A stretch of DNA of 64,000 bases from Eubacteriales bacterium (GTDB lineage: Bacteria; Bacillota; Clostridia; Oscillospirales; CAG-382): the NCBI GenBank assembly GCA_045600125.1, contig JAZRXH010000119.1, positions 1,513 to 65,512 on the forward strand, given 5' to 3'. The position numbers and the translations under genes are program-made. Below, piece by piece: positions 29,228-39,252 of the stretch. Under the pieces are notes generated by a model. That model saw only the letters and a program-made list of their open reading frames with translations, searched no databases and had not been told where the DNA came from. Positions within the stretch are counted from its first letter, which is position 1. Every line of letters starts with the position of its first letter.

Positions 29228-29629
29228 ATGGATGTAATCGAACTTGCAAGACAGCTTGGACACGCAATTCAGAACGAGCCCGCCTATAAGGCCGTTACCG
29301 CCGCCGGCGACGCCGTAGACGCCGATACCGACCTTACCGACCTCATCGGTGAATTCTCGGACAAGCGTGAGCTGATCGCCGACACGACCGATCAGGCAAA
29401 GCTGGACGAGCTCGACAAGGAGCTGGAGGCTCTTTATAACAAAATCATGACAAGTCCGAAAATGCAGGCGTTTGAGGAAGCCAAGCACGAATTCGGCCAC
29501 CTCATGGAAAGGATCCTCGCCATCGTTACCAAGTCCGCCGACGGCGAAGACCCCGATACCGCCGAGCCCGACGAGGAGTGCGACGGCGACTGCTGCTCCT
29601 GCCACGGCTCCTGCGGCCACGAGCACTAA
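29228..29629 (+). CDS. YlbF/YmcA family regulator with Cys/His-rich tail
   Basis: MDVIELARQLGHAIQ..., C-terminal CDGDCCSCHGSC. Confidence 0.82.
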   Translation: MDVIELARQLGHAIQNEPAYKAVTAAGDAVDADTDLTDLIGEFSDKRELIADTTDQAKLDELDKELEALYNKIMTSPKMQAFEEAKHEFGHLMERILAIVTKSADGEDPDTAEPDEECDGDCCSCHGSCGHEH

Positions 29630-29646
29630 AACGAACCAACCATTGC

Positions 29647-29997
29647 GTGGGGCTGCTCGCCCCCCCGGATTTATGGGGGCTGCTCGCCCCCATACCCCGT
29701 CGCCGCCTTTTGAAAAAGGCGGGCGAAAACTTTGAAATAAGCCCAAGTCCTGTCGGACTTGGGCTGCGTTTTTTCTTGACTAAAGGGTAAGTGCCTACTG
29801 TCTGTTGCGACATGCTAAAGTTTTCTTCGAAAACTTTCACTCAGAGAAACTTTGTGCGAAGTGACCATGAGCTTTGCCGCTTTGATATATGGCGGCAAAG
29901 CGGGGCAACATTCGGGCATCTGCGTCTCCGTTTTTTACTGAGGTGCATTCCCGATTTGCCCGCAGGGGCTACCCTGCTGGCGGCGGGGGCTCACCGC
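29647..29997 (+). repeat. Modular repeat, copy 7, between convergent genes
   Basis: Near-identical reverse complement of the copy 3 unit; AGCCCAAGTCC...GGACTTGGGCT hairpin variant. Confidence 0.92.
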
Positions 29998-30022
29998 TGG
30001 CGAGAAGCTCCCTGTTATATAC

Positions 30023-30733
30023 TTATTCTTCGGTCGAATAGCGTGTCTTGTCGTTGGGCACGTCGAGGATATCCTCGAGCTTGACCTCGGGGCCGGAGGG
30101 CCGGGCGACGAGTCGGTTAATGGAATAGCCCCGGGCGGAGAAGGTCGCTTCGTACTCGGTGACCACGTTGTCGGCGTTATAAGGGGAATGATGGAGGTCG
30201 AAGGTCACGTCGGAAAGGGCGTAGCCGGAAAGCGGGAACTCCACGAGAGAGAAGTCGAAGAAGGGACGGTTATCGGTCTTGAAGTAGATCACGCCGTCCT
30301 TATTCAGAAGCTTCCGGTAGGTCAGAAGGTACTTCCGGTAGGTGAGTCTGCGCTTTGCGTGGCGCACCTTCGGCCACGGGTCGGAGAAATTCAGATAGAT
30401 CTCCGAAAGCTCCCCGTCTGTAAAATAGTCGCAGAGGTAGTCGGCGTCGCCGCAGACAAAACGCACGTTGTCGATCGCCGGGTCGGCTTCCACCTTCTCC
30501 ATGGCGAGCATAATCACGTCCTTGACCCGCTCCATGGCGATAAAGAAACGCTCCGGGTGCTTTTTTGCCATGCCGAGGACGAAACTGCCCTTGCCGCAGC
30601 CGATCTCGAGACACAGCTTGCGGTCTCCCGCCAGCTCCTGCCACTTTCCCTTATATTCGGTCGGGTTCTCGATATGGATATCCGCACACTGTGCCATACG
30701 CTCGTCGGTGTGCTTTTTCTTTCTCATTCGCAT
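30023..30733 (-). CDS. trmB: tRNA (guanine-N7)-methyltransferase
   Basis: LEIGCGKG, NFSDPWPKVRHAKRRL, FKTDN, TEYE. Confidence 0.96.
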   Translation of the reverse strand: MRMRKKKHTDERMAQCADIHIENPTEYKGKWQELAGDRKLCLEIGCGKGSFVLGMAKKHPERFFIAMERVKDVIMLAMEKVEADPAIDNVRFVCGDADYLCDYFTDGELSEIYLNFSDPWPKVRHAKRRLTYRKYLLTYRKLLNKDGVIYFKTDNRPFFDFSLVEFPLSGYALSDVTFDLHHSPYNADNVVTEYEATFSARGYSINRLVARPSGPEVKLEDILDVPNDKTRYSTEE

Positions 30734-31229
30734 CGTTTTGTCATTCCTTTCAAGAATCAAAATATCAGCAAAGTAAAATCGCCATATACGGAAAAATCAA
30801 GAAAAATCGCCAGTAGAATCAAAGCAAAGACCGGGCATAATTCGCCCGCCTTTGCAAAAAATACGCTTGTCGCAGGAATTCTGCGCTTGCGAACGGCGTT
30901 TTGCAAATCCGGAATTCTCATATATGAAATTATGAAATCCGAAAATCCGAAAAATCGGGAAAGAACGGAGCTTTTCGCTCACGCATCCGTGCTTTTTGTC
31001 CGGCAAAGGCTCGGGCAGATACCCGAAACGCCGCCTTTTTGGCAGAAAGCAGAATATAGAAGAACTTCCCTCCGCCTTTTTGCGGCAAAGCCCGCCGGAA
31101 GCCGGGAGGCAGGGGAAAAAGAACCCCGGAGAAAACAGCGGCGTCAGCCAAAAAACAGGACTCCGGGACAAAAAACAAGATAAACAGGAAAGGAAGCTTT
31201 CATTTTTCAGTGAAAGCACGGTCATAACT

Positions 31230-31442
31230 ATGCTTGACAGAATCGCACTGGTACTTGCCATCATCGGCGGTCTGAACTGGGGCGGCATCGGCCTCTTTCA
31301 GTTTGACGCCGTGGCATGGCTGTTCGGCGGTCAGGACGCTGTCCTCAGCCGGGTGGTATACGTCGTAGTGGCTCTCGCCGCACTCTGGTGTATCTCTCTT
31401 CTGTTCCGCTCAAGAGAAGTCCTGCCGGACAACCACAACTGA
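31230..31442 (+). CDS. DUF378 small membrane protein
   Basis: LAIIGGLNWG...FDAVAWLFG...SRVVY. Confidence 0.88.
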   Translation: MLDRIALVLAIIGGLNWGGIGLFQFDAVAWLFGGQDAVLSRVVYVVVALAALWCISLLFRSREVLPDNHN

Positions 31443-31574
31443 TCTTGCCGTAAACGGCGAACAGCCTTGCGCTTCGGCAGCGCCAAAACAGACGGGAAGT
31501 GCAGGGAAAAGCCTTCGGAGGGCTGTGCGGGAACGTGCGGCCCTTCCGTTTTTTGCAGGTAATGAAAATGCGTT

Positions 31575-32444
31575 TTACAGAAGCGGTATGATTTCCCTTA
31601 CCGACGGGAAAACGAGGTCGGCAGTCTGATCTTCCGGCGCCGCAAGCCGCATTTTCTCGGTGGTCTCGCCGCTCATGACAAGGATCGAGCAGAGTCCGTT
31701 GCGCCTGCCGAGGGCGATATCGGTATAAAGTCTGTCGCCGATCATGGCGATCTTTTCCTTTGGGACGCCGGACATCAGAGCCAGCATCTCCGCCGTTTCG
31801 GCGTAGGGCTTTCCGAAATACCGGGGCTGTTTTCCGGTGGAAAGGCTGATGGCGGCACAGAGAGCGCCGCTGTCCGGGATAAAGCCGTCCTTTGTGGGGC
31901 AGTTGATATCGGGATGGGTGGAATAGAAGACCGAGCCGTTCCGGATGAGGGTGCAGGCGTGCTCCAGCCTCTCGTAGGTCAGCGTCTTATCGAAGCTCAC
32001 AAGGGTGATCGGCGCTTCCTCGTGGATATCCGCCAGCGGGATTCCGGCGCTCGCAAGGCTCTCGCAGAGAGCGGGCGTGCCCATCACGTAGACCTTCTCC
32101 CCTTTGTGGTACCGATTGAGGAATGCCGCCGTCACGTCGCCGGAGGTGACGATATTACTTCTTGTGCAGGGGAAGCCGAGGCGCACAAGGCGCTTCACGT
32201 ATTCCTCGGGGCTTCGGGAGGCGTTGTTCGTAAAGTATACCAGCTTTCTGCCCTTTTTGAGGATCGTTTCGCAGAATTCGATGGCGCCGTCGATCACGTC
32301 GTCGTCAAGATACAGCGTTCCGTCCATGTCGAGGACGAAAAGCCCCGCATCGTCGATCCGTTTCTTTGCGGCGTCGCCTTCGGAAAACTCCCTTGTACCG
32401 TAGACAAGAGAGGCACGCGCATTCTTATGCTCCACACAGTCCAT
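31575..32444 (-). CDS. HAD-IIA (NagD-like) phosphatase
   Basis: DMDGT, FTNN, GKP, IGDRLYTDI. Confidence 0.92.
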   Translation of the reverse strand: MDCVEHKNARASLVYGTREFSEGDAAKKRIDDAGLFVLDMDGTLYLDDDVIDGAIEFCETILKKGRKLVYFTNNASRSPEEYVKRLVRLGFPCTRSNIVTSGDVTAAFLNRYHKGEKVYVMGTPALCESLASAGIPLADIHEEAPITLVSFDKTLTYERLEHACTLIRNGSVFYSTHPDINCPTKDGFIPDSGALCAAISLSTGKQPRYFGKPYAETAEMLALMSGVPKEKIAMIGDRLYTDIALGRRNGLCSILVMSGETTEKMRLAAPEDQTADLVFPSVREIIPLL

Positions 32445-32935
32445 TTTACTTTTGCCCGCCCTTTGCGAAAAGCAAGGGGCTTTCCTTCCGTTCTCGGTAC
32501 TCTCGTATCCCGGTCATAGCCACGGTCATTATTGCCGCGGTCAGCGTTTACAAGTGCTTCCGGTATGCCGGCTTTTTCCGTCCGTCCCGTCCGCATCCAA
32601 GCGGGAAAGCAAAAGAATCCGAACAGATTCGCCTCAAGTGTCGTTTATAATCTCGCCGTCGGCATACGACCGTTATTATAAACCGATTATAATGCCCCGG
32701 AAAAGTTTTTTCAAGAAAATATATGTTAAATTTTCCGTGCGGTGTTTTTCGCAATGTGAATAATTACAAATATTGACAAGGTTTCCCTCTTAATTTATAT
32801 ATTACATCCAAATAAGGGCGGAAAAATTTATGGATAACGGAAAAAAACGAGGCAAACAAAGATTACCTATTGACAAAATCCACCGTTTATGTTAAACTAC
32901 TCACAGTGAAATATTTGAATAAGTATCGGTGGCAA

Positions 32936-33580
32936 ATGGACGATCGGAAAAGTTTTGAGAAAAGCGAAGAGATAAGCGGATCTGTCAAAGCGGAGTCCTC
33001 GGCAGAAGCTCCCGCAGGCGCCTCGGTTTATGCGTCGGGATCGGAAGCGGATGACGGAGAATTCGAGCATACGGCAAGGCGTTTTGACAAGGTTCTGCGT
33101 GCTATCGCCGGCTCCTTTGAAGGAGTCCCGGAGTCCGAATTTGACGATCTTGTCCAGGAGGGTCTGATCGCTCTCTACCGTGCGTTCTGCAGTTACAAGC
33201 CGGGAATGTCGAGGTTTTCGACCTATGCGGAGGTCTGCATCAAGCGGGCGATGGTATCGTACCTGCGAAGTTACAACGCCAAAAACCACAGGGTCATCTC
33301 CCTTCCGGAGGACGATGAGATGTCGGCAGACGGCGGGGCGCTTGCATCGGCTGCGGGCAGCTTCGGACAAGATCCGGAGTCGCTGTACCTGTCGAAGGAG
33401 AGTCTTCAGAGTCTGAAGAGGCGTGCGCTTGAGCAGTTATCGGACTACGAGCGGTGCGTATTTCTTCTGTATCTCGAGGGCTTCGAGTCGGGAGAGATCA
33501 GCCAGACGCTGGGAAAACCGCAGAAGTCGGTGGACAACGCCCTTGTGCGGATCCGCAGGAAGCTTTCGGGAAAAAGCTGA
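32936..33580 (+). CDS. sigH: SigH-like RNA polymerase sigma factor
   Basis: DDLVQEGLIAL, FSTYAEVCI, LSDYE, KSVDNALVRIRRKL; start uncertain, and it could be a sigH paralogue. Confidence 0.75.
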   Translation: MDDRKSFEKSEEISGSVKAESSAEAPAGASVYASGSEADDGEFEHTARRFDKVLRAIAGSFEGVPESEFDDLVQEGLIALYRAFCSYKPGMSRFSTYAEVCIKRAMVSYLRSYNAKNHRVISLPEDDEMSADGGALASAAGSFGQDPESLYLSKESLQSLKRRALEQLSDYERCVFLLYLEGFESGEISQTLGKPQKSVDNALVRIRRKLSGKS

Positions 33581-33727
33581 GGCAGAACGTCGATCCTTTG
33601 CAGCCGTGATTATTCGGTATCCACTCTGTATGCCTATGCGAAAAGCATCGCCAAAGTGCGAGCGTGGGTTATCACCATGCAGGGCAATAACAAATTTTTA
33701 TCCAAAGTTAAAGCGAGGGAAAAAATC

Positions 33728-34009
33728 ATGTACGAAAACAAGACATTGGTATGTAAGGATTGCGGTAAGGAATTCGAGTTCACCGCAGGCGAACAGGAAT
33801 TCTACGCAGAGAGAGGCTTCCAGAACGAGCCCCAGAGATGCAAGGAATGCAGACAGGCAAGAAAGAATGCTTCCAAGGGTCAGAGAGAATACTTCACCAC
33901 TACTTGCGCTAAGTGCGGCAAGGAAGCTAAGGTTCCCTTCCAGCCCAGCGATGACAGACCCGTATACTGCAGCGAATGCTTCGCAGCTATGAAGGCTGAA
34001 CAGCAGTAA
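33728..34009 (+). CDS. Zinc-ribbon protein (CxxC-x17-CxxC family)
   Basis: CKDCGKEFEFTAGEQEFY...PQRCKECR; CAKCG...VPFQP...RPVYCSEC. Confidence 0.92.
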   Translation: MYENKTLVCKDCGKEFEFTAGEQEFYAERGFQNEPQRCKECRQARKNASKGQREYFTTTCAKCGKEAKVPFQPSDDRPVYCSECFAAMKAEQQ

Positions 34010-34186
34010 CAGATTTGCCACATTAACATAGTTTCCGAATGGTATTCGTCTTTATGCCGGTGATAACACGGATCCTAAGTTAAAGACATTACCGTGTTTG
34101 GTTTGCCGCAGGACTCTTTTGTGATATTTTCCGTCGCAGGGCCTATCCAACGGCTGTCCCTGACATCAATTCAAAAATCTATGGAA

Positions 34187-34218
34187 AGAGCCGACACGTC
34201 AAGTGTCGGTTCTTTTTT
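34187..34218 (+). terminator. Intrinsic terminator
   Basis: AGAGCCGACAC-GTCAA-GTGTCGGTTCT-TTTTT. Confidence 0.8.
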
Positions 34219-34220
34219 GC

Positions 34221-34908
34221 AGGGAGCCCCTGCGGGCAATTCGGGAATGCACCTCTGTATAAAACGGGAGTGCATATGCCCGAGTATTGTCCCGCTTTGC
34301 CGCCGCGGGGAGGCCCCGCTGCCACTTCGGGAATGCACCGCAGACAAAAACGGGAATACAGATGCCCGACTATTGTCCCGCTTTGCCGCCATATATCAAA
34401 GCGGCAAAGCTCATCCTTTATCGGAATTCGCAATTTGGAATTATTTTCTGCAGCGAAATATTTGCGCTTTGCGCAAATGTGAAATAATGGCTTTTCGCCA
34501 TTGTGAAATATTCTCGCTTTCGCTCGAATGTGAAATGAAATAAACTCCCTCATTTTCACGCCCGCAGGCATTTCACACGCCGCAGGCATTTCACACGCCG
34601 CAGGCGTATTTCACACCCGAAGGGTATTTCACAAATCCCGTAAGGGATTTATTTCACTGCGGAGTGTTCCGAGGACACTCCGCATGGGAGCCCCCGCCGG
34701 CAATTCGGGAATGCACCGCAGACAAAACCGGGAGTGCATATGCCCGACTATTGTCCCGCTTTGCCGCCATATATCAAAGCGGCAAAGCTCGTGGGTTCTG
34801 TGGAAACGGTTATCTCCTACCGTCCGCTGAGGTCAAGACACGACCTCAGCGGATATTGTTTCGGAGCACTCGGTAAAAGTTACTTTGAGTGAAAGTTTTC
34901 GAAGAAAG
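34221..34908 (-). repeat. Modular repeat, copy 8 (three GCTTTGCCGC units) enclosing a hairpin ladder
   Basis: Units at ~34225-34305, 34325-34412 and 34700-34790; CCGCTGAGGTC...GACCTCAGCGG at 34824. Confidence 0.85.
34451..34685. repeat. GTGAAAT / ATTTCAC hairpin ladder
   Basis: 4 G(T/C)GAAAT motifs then 6 (A/T)TTTCAC motifs, mostly separated by short hairpins. Confidence 0.85.
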
Positions 34909-34923
34909 CCATAGGTCTTCCCC

Positions 34924-35880
34924 TCACTTTCCCCAATTCTCCGCCGCTCTTTCGCACATCTTTTCGATGTAGTCCCGCCCTTGGAGCTTTTCCAGCCACT
35001 CCTTCGGGATCGCCTCATACCCGTAAAGGGCTCCGGCAAGGCTTCCCGCAACGGCGGCGACCGTGTCGGTGTCATCGCCGAGGTTGACTGCTTTGAGGAC
35101 GCATTCCCGGTAGGAATCGGTGGTCAGAAGGCACCAAACTGCCGCTTCGAGGGTATCGACGACGTATCCCGAGCTTCTTATCTCCTCTCGTCTGAGCTTT
35201 TCAAAATCAAACGACAGCATCCGTTCGTAATAGCGAAGCTGCGGATTCTCCCCGTAAAAGCTCACCGCACGTCTGAGCCCCGTATACACCGTCCGTTTGT
35301 CTTTGTCGCTCAGAAGATGCCACAGGATCATCGAATACAGCCCGCAGCCGACCTTTGACCGTTCGTGGGCATGGGTGAGGGCGGACGCTCTGTGGATCCG
35401 GTCGAGCATTTCCGAAGCGGTAAGAGAGTCCCGATGATAGTATAAGTACAGCGCAAACGGAGCAATCCTCATCAGCGAGCCGTTGCCGTTGTTCTGTTCG
35501 CCGGTAAGACCGCAGTGATCGACGTTTGCAGAGCCGGCAAAATAGTTTTCGATGGCAAAGCTGCAAGTGTTTCCCACGTCGAAGGTTTCCCCGGTCGGCG
35601 TAAAGGCATCCTCGTCGTACCACTTGCCGAAGTTCTCCATGATCTTTTCGAGGTCGTACGCGTTATCCGCCAGAACGTCCAGCGCGCACAGCGACATACT
35701 GGTGTCGTCCGACCACGAGCCCGCCGGTACGGGATAGGTCCCGAAGCCGGTCATATCGGTGACCGGTTCGTCGTCCAGCTCCGCACGGGAGGCAAACTCC
35801 ACCGGGACGCCGAGCGCATCGCCGACGGCGTGACCGAGAATGACGGCTTTTATTGTGTCAAGCATATTTTTGTTTTCCAT
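34924..35880 (-). CDS. ADP-ribosylglycohydrolase (DraG/ARH family)
   Basis: GDALGVPVEF, WSDDT, GNGSLMR, LTH, GDDTDT. Confidence 0.94.
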   Translation of the reverse strand: MENKNMLDTIKAVILGHAVGDALGVPVEFASRAELDDEPVTDMTGFGTYPVPAGSWSDDTSMSLCALDVLADNAYDLEKIMENFGKWYDEDAFTPTGETFDVGNTCSFAIENYFAGSANVDHCGLTGEQNNGNGSLMRIAPFALYLYYHRDSLTASEMLDRIHRASALTHAHERSKVGCGLYSMILWHLLSDKDKRTVYTGLRRAVSFYGENPQLRYYERMLSFDFEKLRREEIRSSGYVVDTLEAAVWCLLTTDSYRECVLKAVNLGDDTDTVAAVAGSLAGALYGYEAIPKEWLEKLQGRDYIEKMCERAAENWGK

Positions 35881-36215
35881 AAATCCTGACCATTCCTTTC
35901 GTTTGTACGGCACCGGTGCCGCTTTTCTTTGCAATGCTTTTTTGCAACAGTATACCACCTCTTTTTTTATTCGGATTTTTCGGTGCTTTTTTCCGAAAAT
36001 CGCACAAAAAATGCCGAAAACCGGATCCCGCAAAAACCGTGACAGAATGGTGGTCATCCGATAAAAAAGGATCGCAGGGCATTTCTGCCTTACGATCCTA
36101 TTATAACCTGTTTACTTTCGGGAATGGTCGCTTGCCGGGCGACTTTCATCTTTTGATAAATCTTTTTGCAAATATTTCCGTCGAAGGCGTGGGGCGAGCA
36201 GTCCCCCTGCAACAC

Positions 36216-38327
36216 TTACAAAGAAAGAATTACCACGTTTGCGGTGATATCCTCCTGCCCGGTGACGAAGAGCCTGCCGTCCCTGACGAAGATCTTATCG
36301 TCGGGATAGAGCATATCGGAAACAGAATAATCGCCGAGGAGGGGAATATCGAAGTCACGGCACTCATGCATGGAATGGATGACGCAGAGGAGTTTTGACT
36401 TGTCCTCGGAATAGCGGGCGACGATCTGGGTGCCGGCGGGATGTCCGTAGGAGGCACGGTCGGTCGCATAGATGTAGCTGGTGCCGTGCTTGATGATGGG
36501 ACTTGCCTTGGCGTAGAGCTTTTCGGCGTCGATCATCATGGCGTACTGCTCATCGGACAGCTCGAGGATCTTGCCCGACCAGCAGAGCCTTCCGAGGAAG
36601 CCTCCGGCAATGATGTATTTCGTCCGTCCGAGCGGATAATGACGCTGCAGCGAGCACCATACCTGCGACTGTCTCGGCGGGATCAGATAGTGCAGACCGC
36701 CTGCCACGATCGGGATCTCCAAAACCTCATGAGTGTCCGAGCAGCTGGACATCGCCGTGATATCCATCATAGACGGCTCAAGACGGCAGCCGCCGGAAGC
36801 GCAGTTCTCGATGATGATGCCGGGAACCTTTTCTTTTATGCGCTTGAAATATTCTCTGGCGCCGATCATCTGCTGACGCACACCCTCGCCGGGGCTCTCG
36901 AAACCGTCACAGCCGAGGCCGATGCTGGCGTTGTAGTCGATTTTCAGATAGCCGAAGCCGCCGTCGTTCAGCGTGCCGATGCACACCCTGTCAAGACGGT
37001 CCCATGCCTTCCTGCTTGTCATATCGAGAAAGCTCTCGCTTCTGCCGTTGATGACGTGACCGACCACCACGTGGCCGTCCTTCCTGACCTTCATATCGTC
37101 GAATTCGGGACCGAAGGATACCGCCGCCTCGCCGGTAGCTTCGATTTCCATCCAGATGCCGGGGACGAAGCCCAGCTTCTTTACGTCGTCCGCATAGGCA
37201 CGAAGACCGTCCGGGAATGCCTCCTTGTCCACGATGTCGTAGTCGCCGATCTGCCGTGCCGGGTACCAGCCCGCATCCATCACGAAGTACTTCGTGCGGG
37301 AGCCGATGCTGCGGAGCTTCCCGGCGATTTCCAACAGGAGCTTGTGGTTGGGGTGTCCCCACGTGGTGATGAACTCGTTGAAGAGGATCGGCATACAGCC
37401 GTCGGCATCGTCGGCTTCACCGTAGGCGTCGATCGCTCTGTTCCGCATGGCAAGAAGGCGGTTCGACAGCTCGGCAATGCCGCCGCGGCAGGCGGAAACG
37501 TAGACGGCAGGAGAAGTAAAGATCTCACCGGAGGCTACGTTCTTTTTCCATGCGCCGAACTGCACGTCCGCAAGTCCGATGGAAAGAGAGAGCTTCTTGT
37601 TCGCTCTGGTAAGCTCTGCCTGCCAGGAGGCGTTATGGGCAAGATAAGCGCCCCAGATTACGCCGTTTTCCTTGTCCTCCAGGGCAAAATACGGGTGATA
37701 GCCCTGCACCGGACGGGAGCCCACGACGCCGTATTTCAGATTTTCATAGCATCCGCCCCACGCCTTTTCCATGGAAAGATCCACAAGATCCGTCTCCACG
37801 TGCTTTGCTTCCATCGCCCAGCCGGAACGGAAGGTGTGAAGCGTGGTCTCGTGCGCCGAATCGGAGGTAAGATACGGGGAGAGGCAGTCGAGGGAAGCGC
37901 TCGTAAGGTACTCAAGCGTAAGCATCTTATCCGAGTCGTTGCGGAAGGATGTGGTGATCTCGGCGCCCTTGTCGCCCTCCCGGTAGGTAAGGGTATGGAT
38001 GACGGCGTACTGCTCCTCCTCGCATTTCAGGAGAGTCGTGATAATGGTCACACCGTTTTCGGTCTTTACGTCCTGCGAGGCGTAGCGGAGCTTTTCGAGG
38101 CTGTCGCTGAGCTTATAGCAGTTGGAATATTTACCGGTGTTGTGATGGGACAGCTGGAGCTGTACCATGGAGCAGTTGGCGTTTTCGGCTTCGGGAGCGC
38201 TTTTACCGTCAAAGAAAGCTGCTTTGTCCTCGGTGCCTTCGGGGAGAAGCAGAAGCACACAGTGTCCTTCCCCCTCGGGAAGATAATAGCGATACGTCAC
38301 ATCGCCAAGGCAATAGTCCTTTATCAT
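36216..38327 (-). CDS. Alpha-galactosidase, GH36
   Basis: FVMDAGWY, GIWMEIE, YLKIDYN, ENCASGG, SCSD. Confidence 0.9.
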   Translation of the reverse strand: MIKDYCLGDVTYRYYLPEGEGHCVLLLLPEGTEDKAAFFDGKSAPEAENANCSMVQLQLSHHNTGKYSNCYKLSDSLEKLRYASQDVKTENGVTIITTLLKCEEEQYAVIHTLTYREGDKGAEITTSFRNDSDKMLTLEYLTSASLDCLSPYLTSDSAHETTLHTFRSGWAMEAKHVETDLVDLSMEKAWGGCYENLKYGVVGSRPVQGYHPYFALEDKENGVIWGAYLAHNASWQAELTRANKKLSLSIGLADVQFGAWKKNVASGEIFTSPAVYVSACRGGIAELSNRLLAMRNRAIDAYGEADDADGCMPILFNEFITTWGHPNHKLLLEIAGKLRSIGSRTKYFVMDAGWYPARQIGDYDIVDKEAFPDGLRAYADDVKKLGFVPGIWMEIEATGEAAVSFGPEFDDMKVRKDGHVVVGHVINGRSESFLDMTSRKAWDRLDRVCIGTLNDGGFGYLKIDYNASIGLGCDGFESPGEGVRQQMIGAREYFKRIKEKVPGIIIENCASGGCRLEPSMMDITAMSSCSDTHEVLEIPIVAGGLHYLIPPRQSQVWCSLQRHYPLGRTKYIIAGGFLGRLCWSGKILELSDEQYAMMIDAEKLYAKASPIIKHGTSYIYATDRASYGHPAGTQIVARYSEDKSKLLCVIHSMHECRDFDIPLLGDYSVSDMLYPDDKIFVRDGRLFVTGQEDITANVVILSL

Positions 38328-38551
38328 TTCGGTTTTGTCCTTTCTGATTCCTTTTTATACTTTACGGCAAAAAACTATTGCCCTTTTGCAAAAGAGCCCG
38401 AATGCAGGATTCCCCGCCCCCGGCAAAGCAGTTTTGCCGTAGCCATCACCTATATTATACCAACGATCAAGGCACGAGTCAAGGAAAATTTTCTTTTGTT
38501 CCGTCTCCCTTTCATCACGGCTCCACATTTCCACCTCTCCAAATAATCAAA

Positions 38552-39037
38552 TCTCCGCTGAGGTCGGCTTTTGACCTCAGCGGACAGTAGGCACTAACCC
38601 TTTATTCTAAAAAACACCCGTCAAAGTCCGTATGGACTTTGACTATTTGAAAGTTTTCGCCCGCCTTTTTGCGGGGATGCCCCTGCGGGCACCTCGGAAG
38701 GATTGCACCTCAGACAAGACCGCAATCCCCGATGCCCGAAACTGTCCCCGTTTTGCCGCCATATATCCAAGCGGCAAAACTCACTGCTTTCTCCAAGCCC
38801 TCAATATAACCTCTGTTGCGGCACTGCTTTATGTCGCAACAGACAGTAGGCAATGACCCTTTACTCCAAAAAATCTCCGTCAAAGTCCGTATGGACTTTG
38901 ACTATTTGAAAGTTTTCGCCCGCCTTTTTCAAAAGGCGGCGATGGGGTGCAGGGGGCGAGCAGCCCCCTGCAATAGGCGTAGACGCAGTGGGGCGAGCAG
39001 CCCCTGCAATAGGCGGAATATGGGGCGAGCAGCCCCA
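38552..39037 (-). repeat. Modular repeat, copy 9 (two tandem units plus 3 terminal hairpins)
   Basis: CAGTAGGCA...ACCCTTTA, then GTCAAAGTCCGTATGGACTTTGAC, then AAAGTTTTCGCCCGCCTTTTT, present twice. Confidence 0.9.
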
Positions 39038-39252
39038 TAATATGTCAATGCTGTTTTTCACATGTTTTTTAATAAAAAACACATTGAAAAAGGGACCCGT
39101 CTGTGTTATGATAGCAATAAGAAACAGCGGTAATTTCTCCTGCTCCTTGCTTACGATACGGCGAAAAATCGGGTCGGCACGAAGGCAGGATGTCGGAGCC
39201 GCTGCATATACTGCTTTGTATATGACAAAAATCACATTTCGGAGGTAACGCC

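Noticed and set aside
34060-34100. Twister ribozyme (TAACAC...TCCTAAG)
   Set aside because: Loop length and the T1/T2 partner sequences do not fit; kept only as an unassigned pseudoknot candidate
34451-34685. CRISPR-like mini array
   Set aside because: The constant part is only 7 bp, the spacers are self-complementary hairpins, and orientation flips midway
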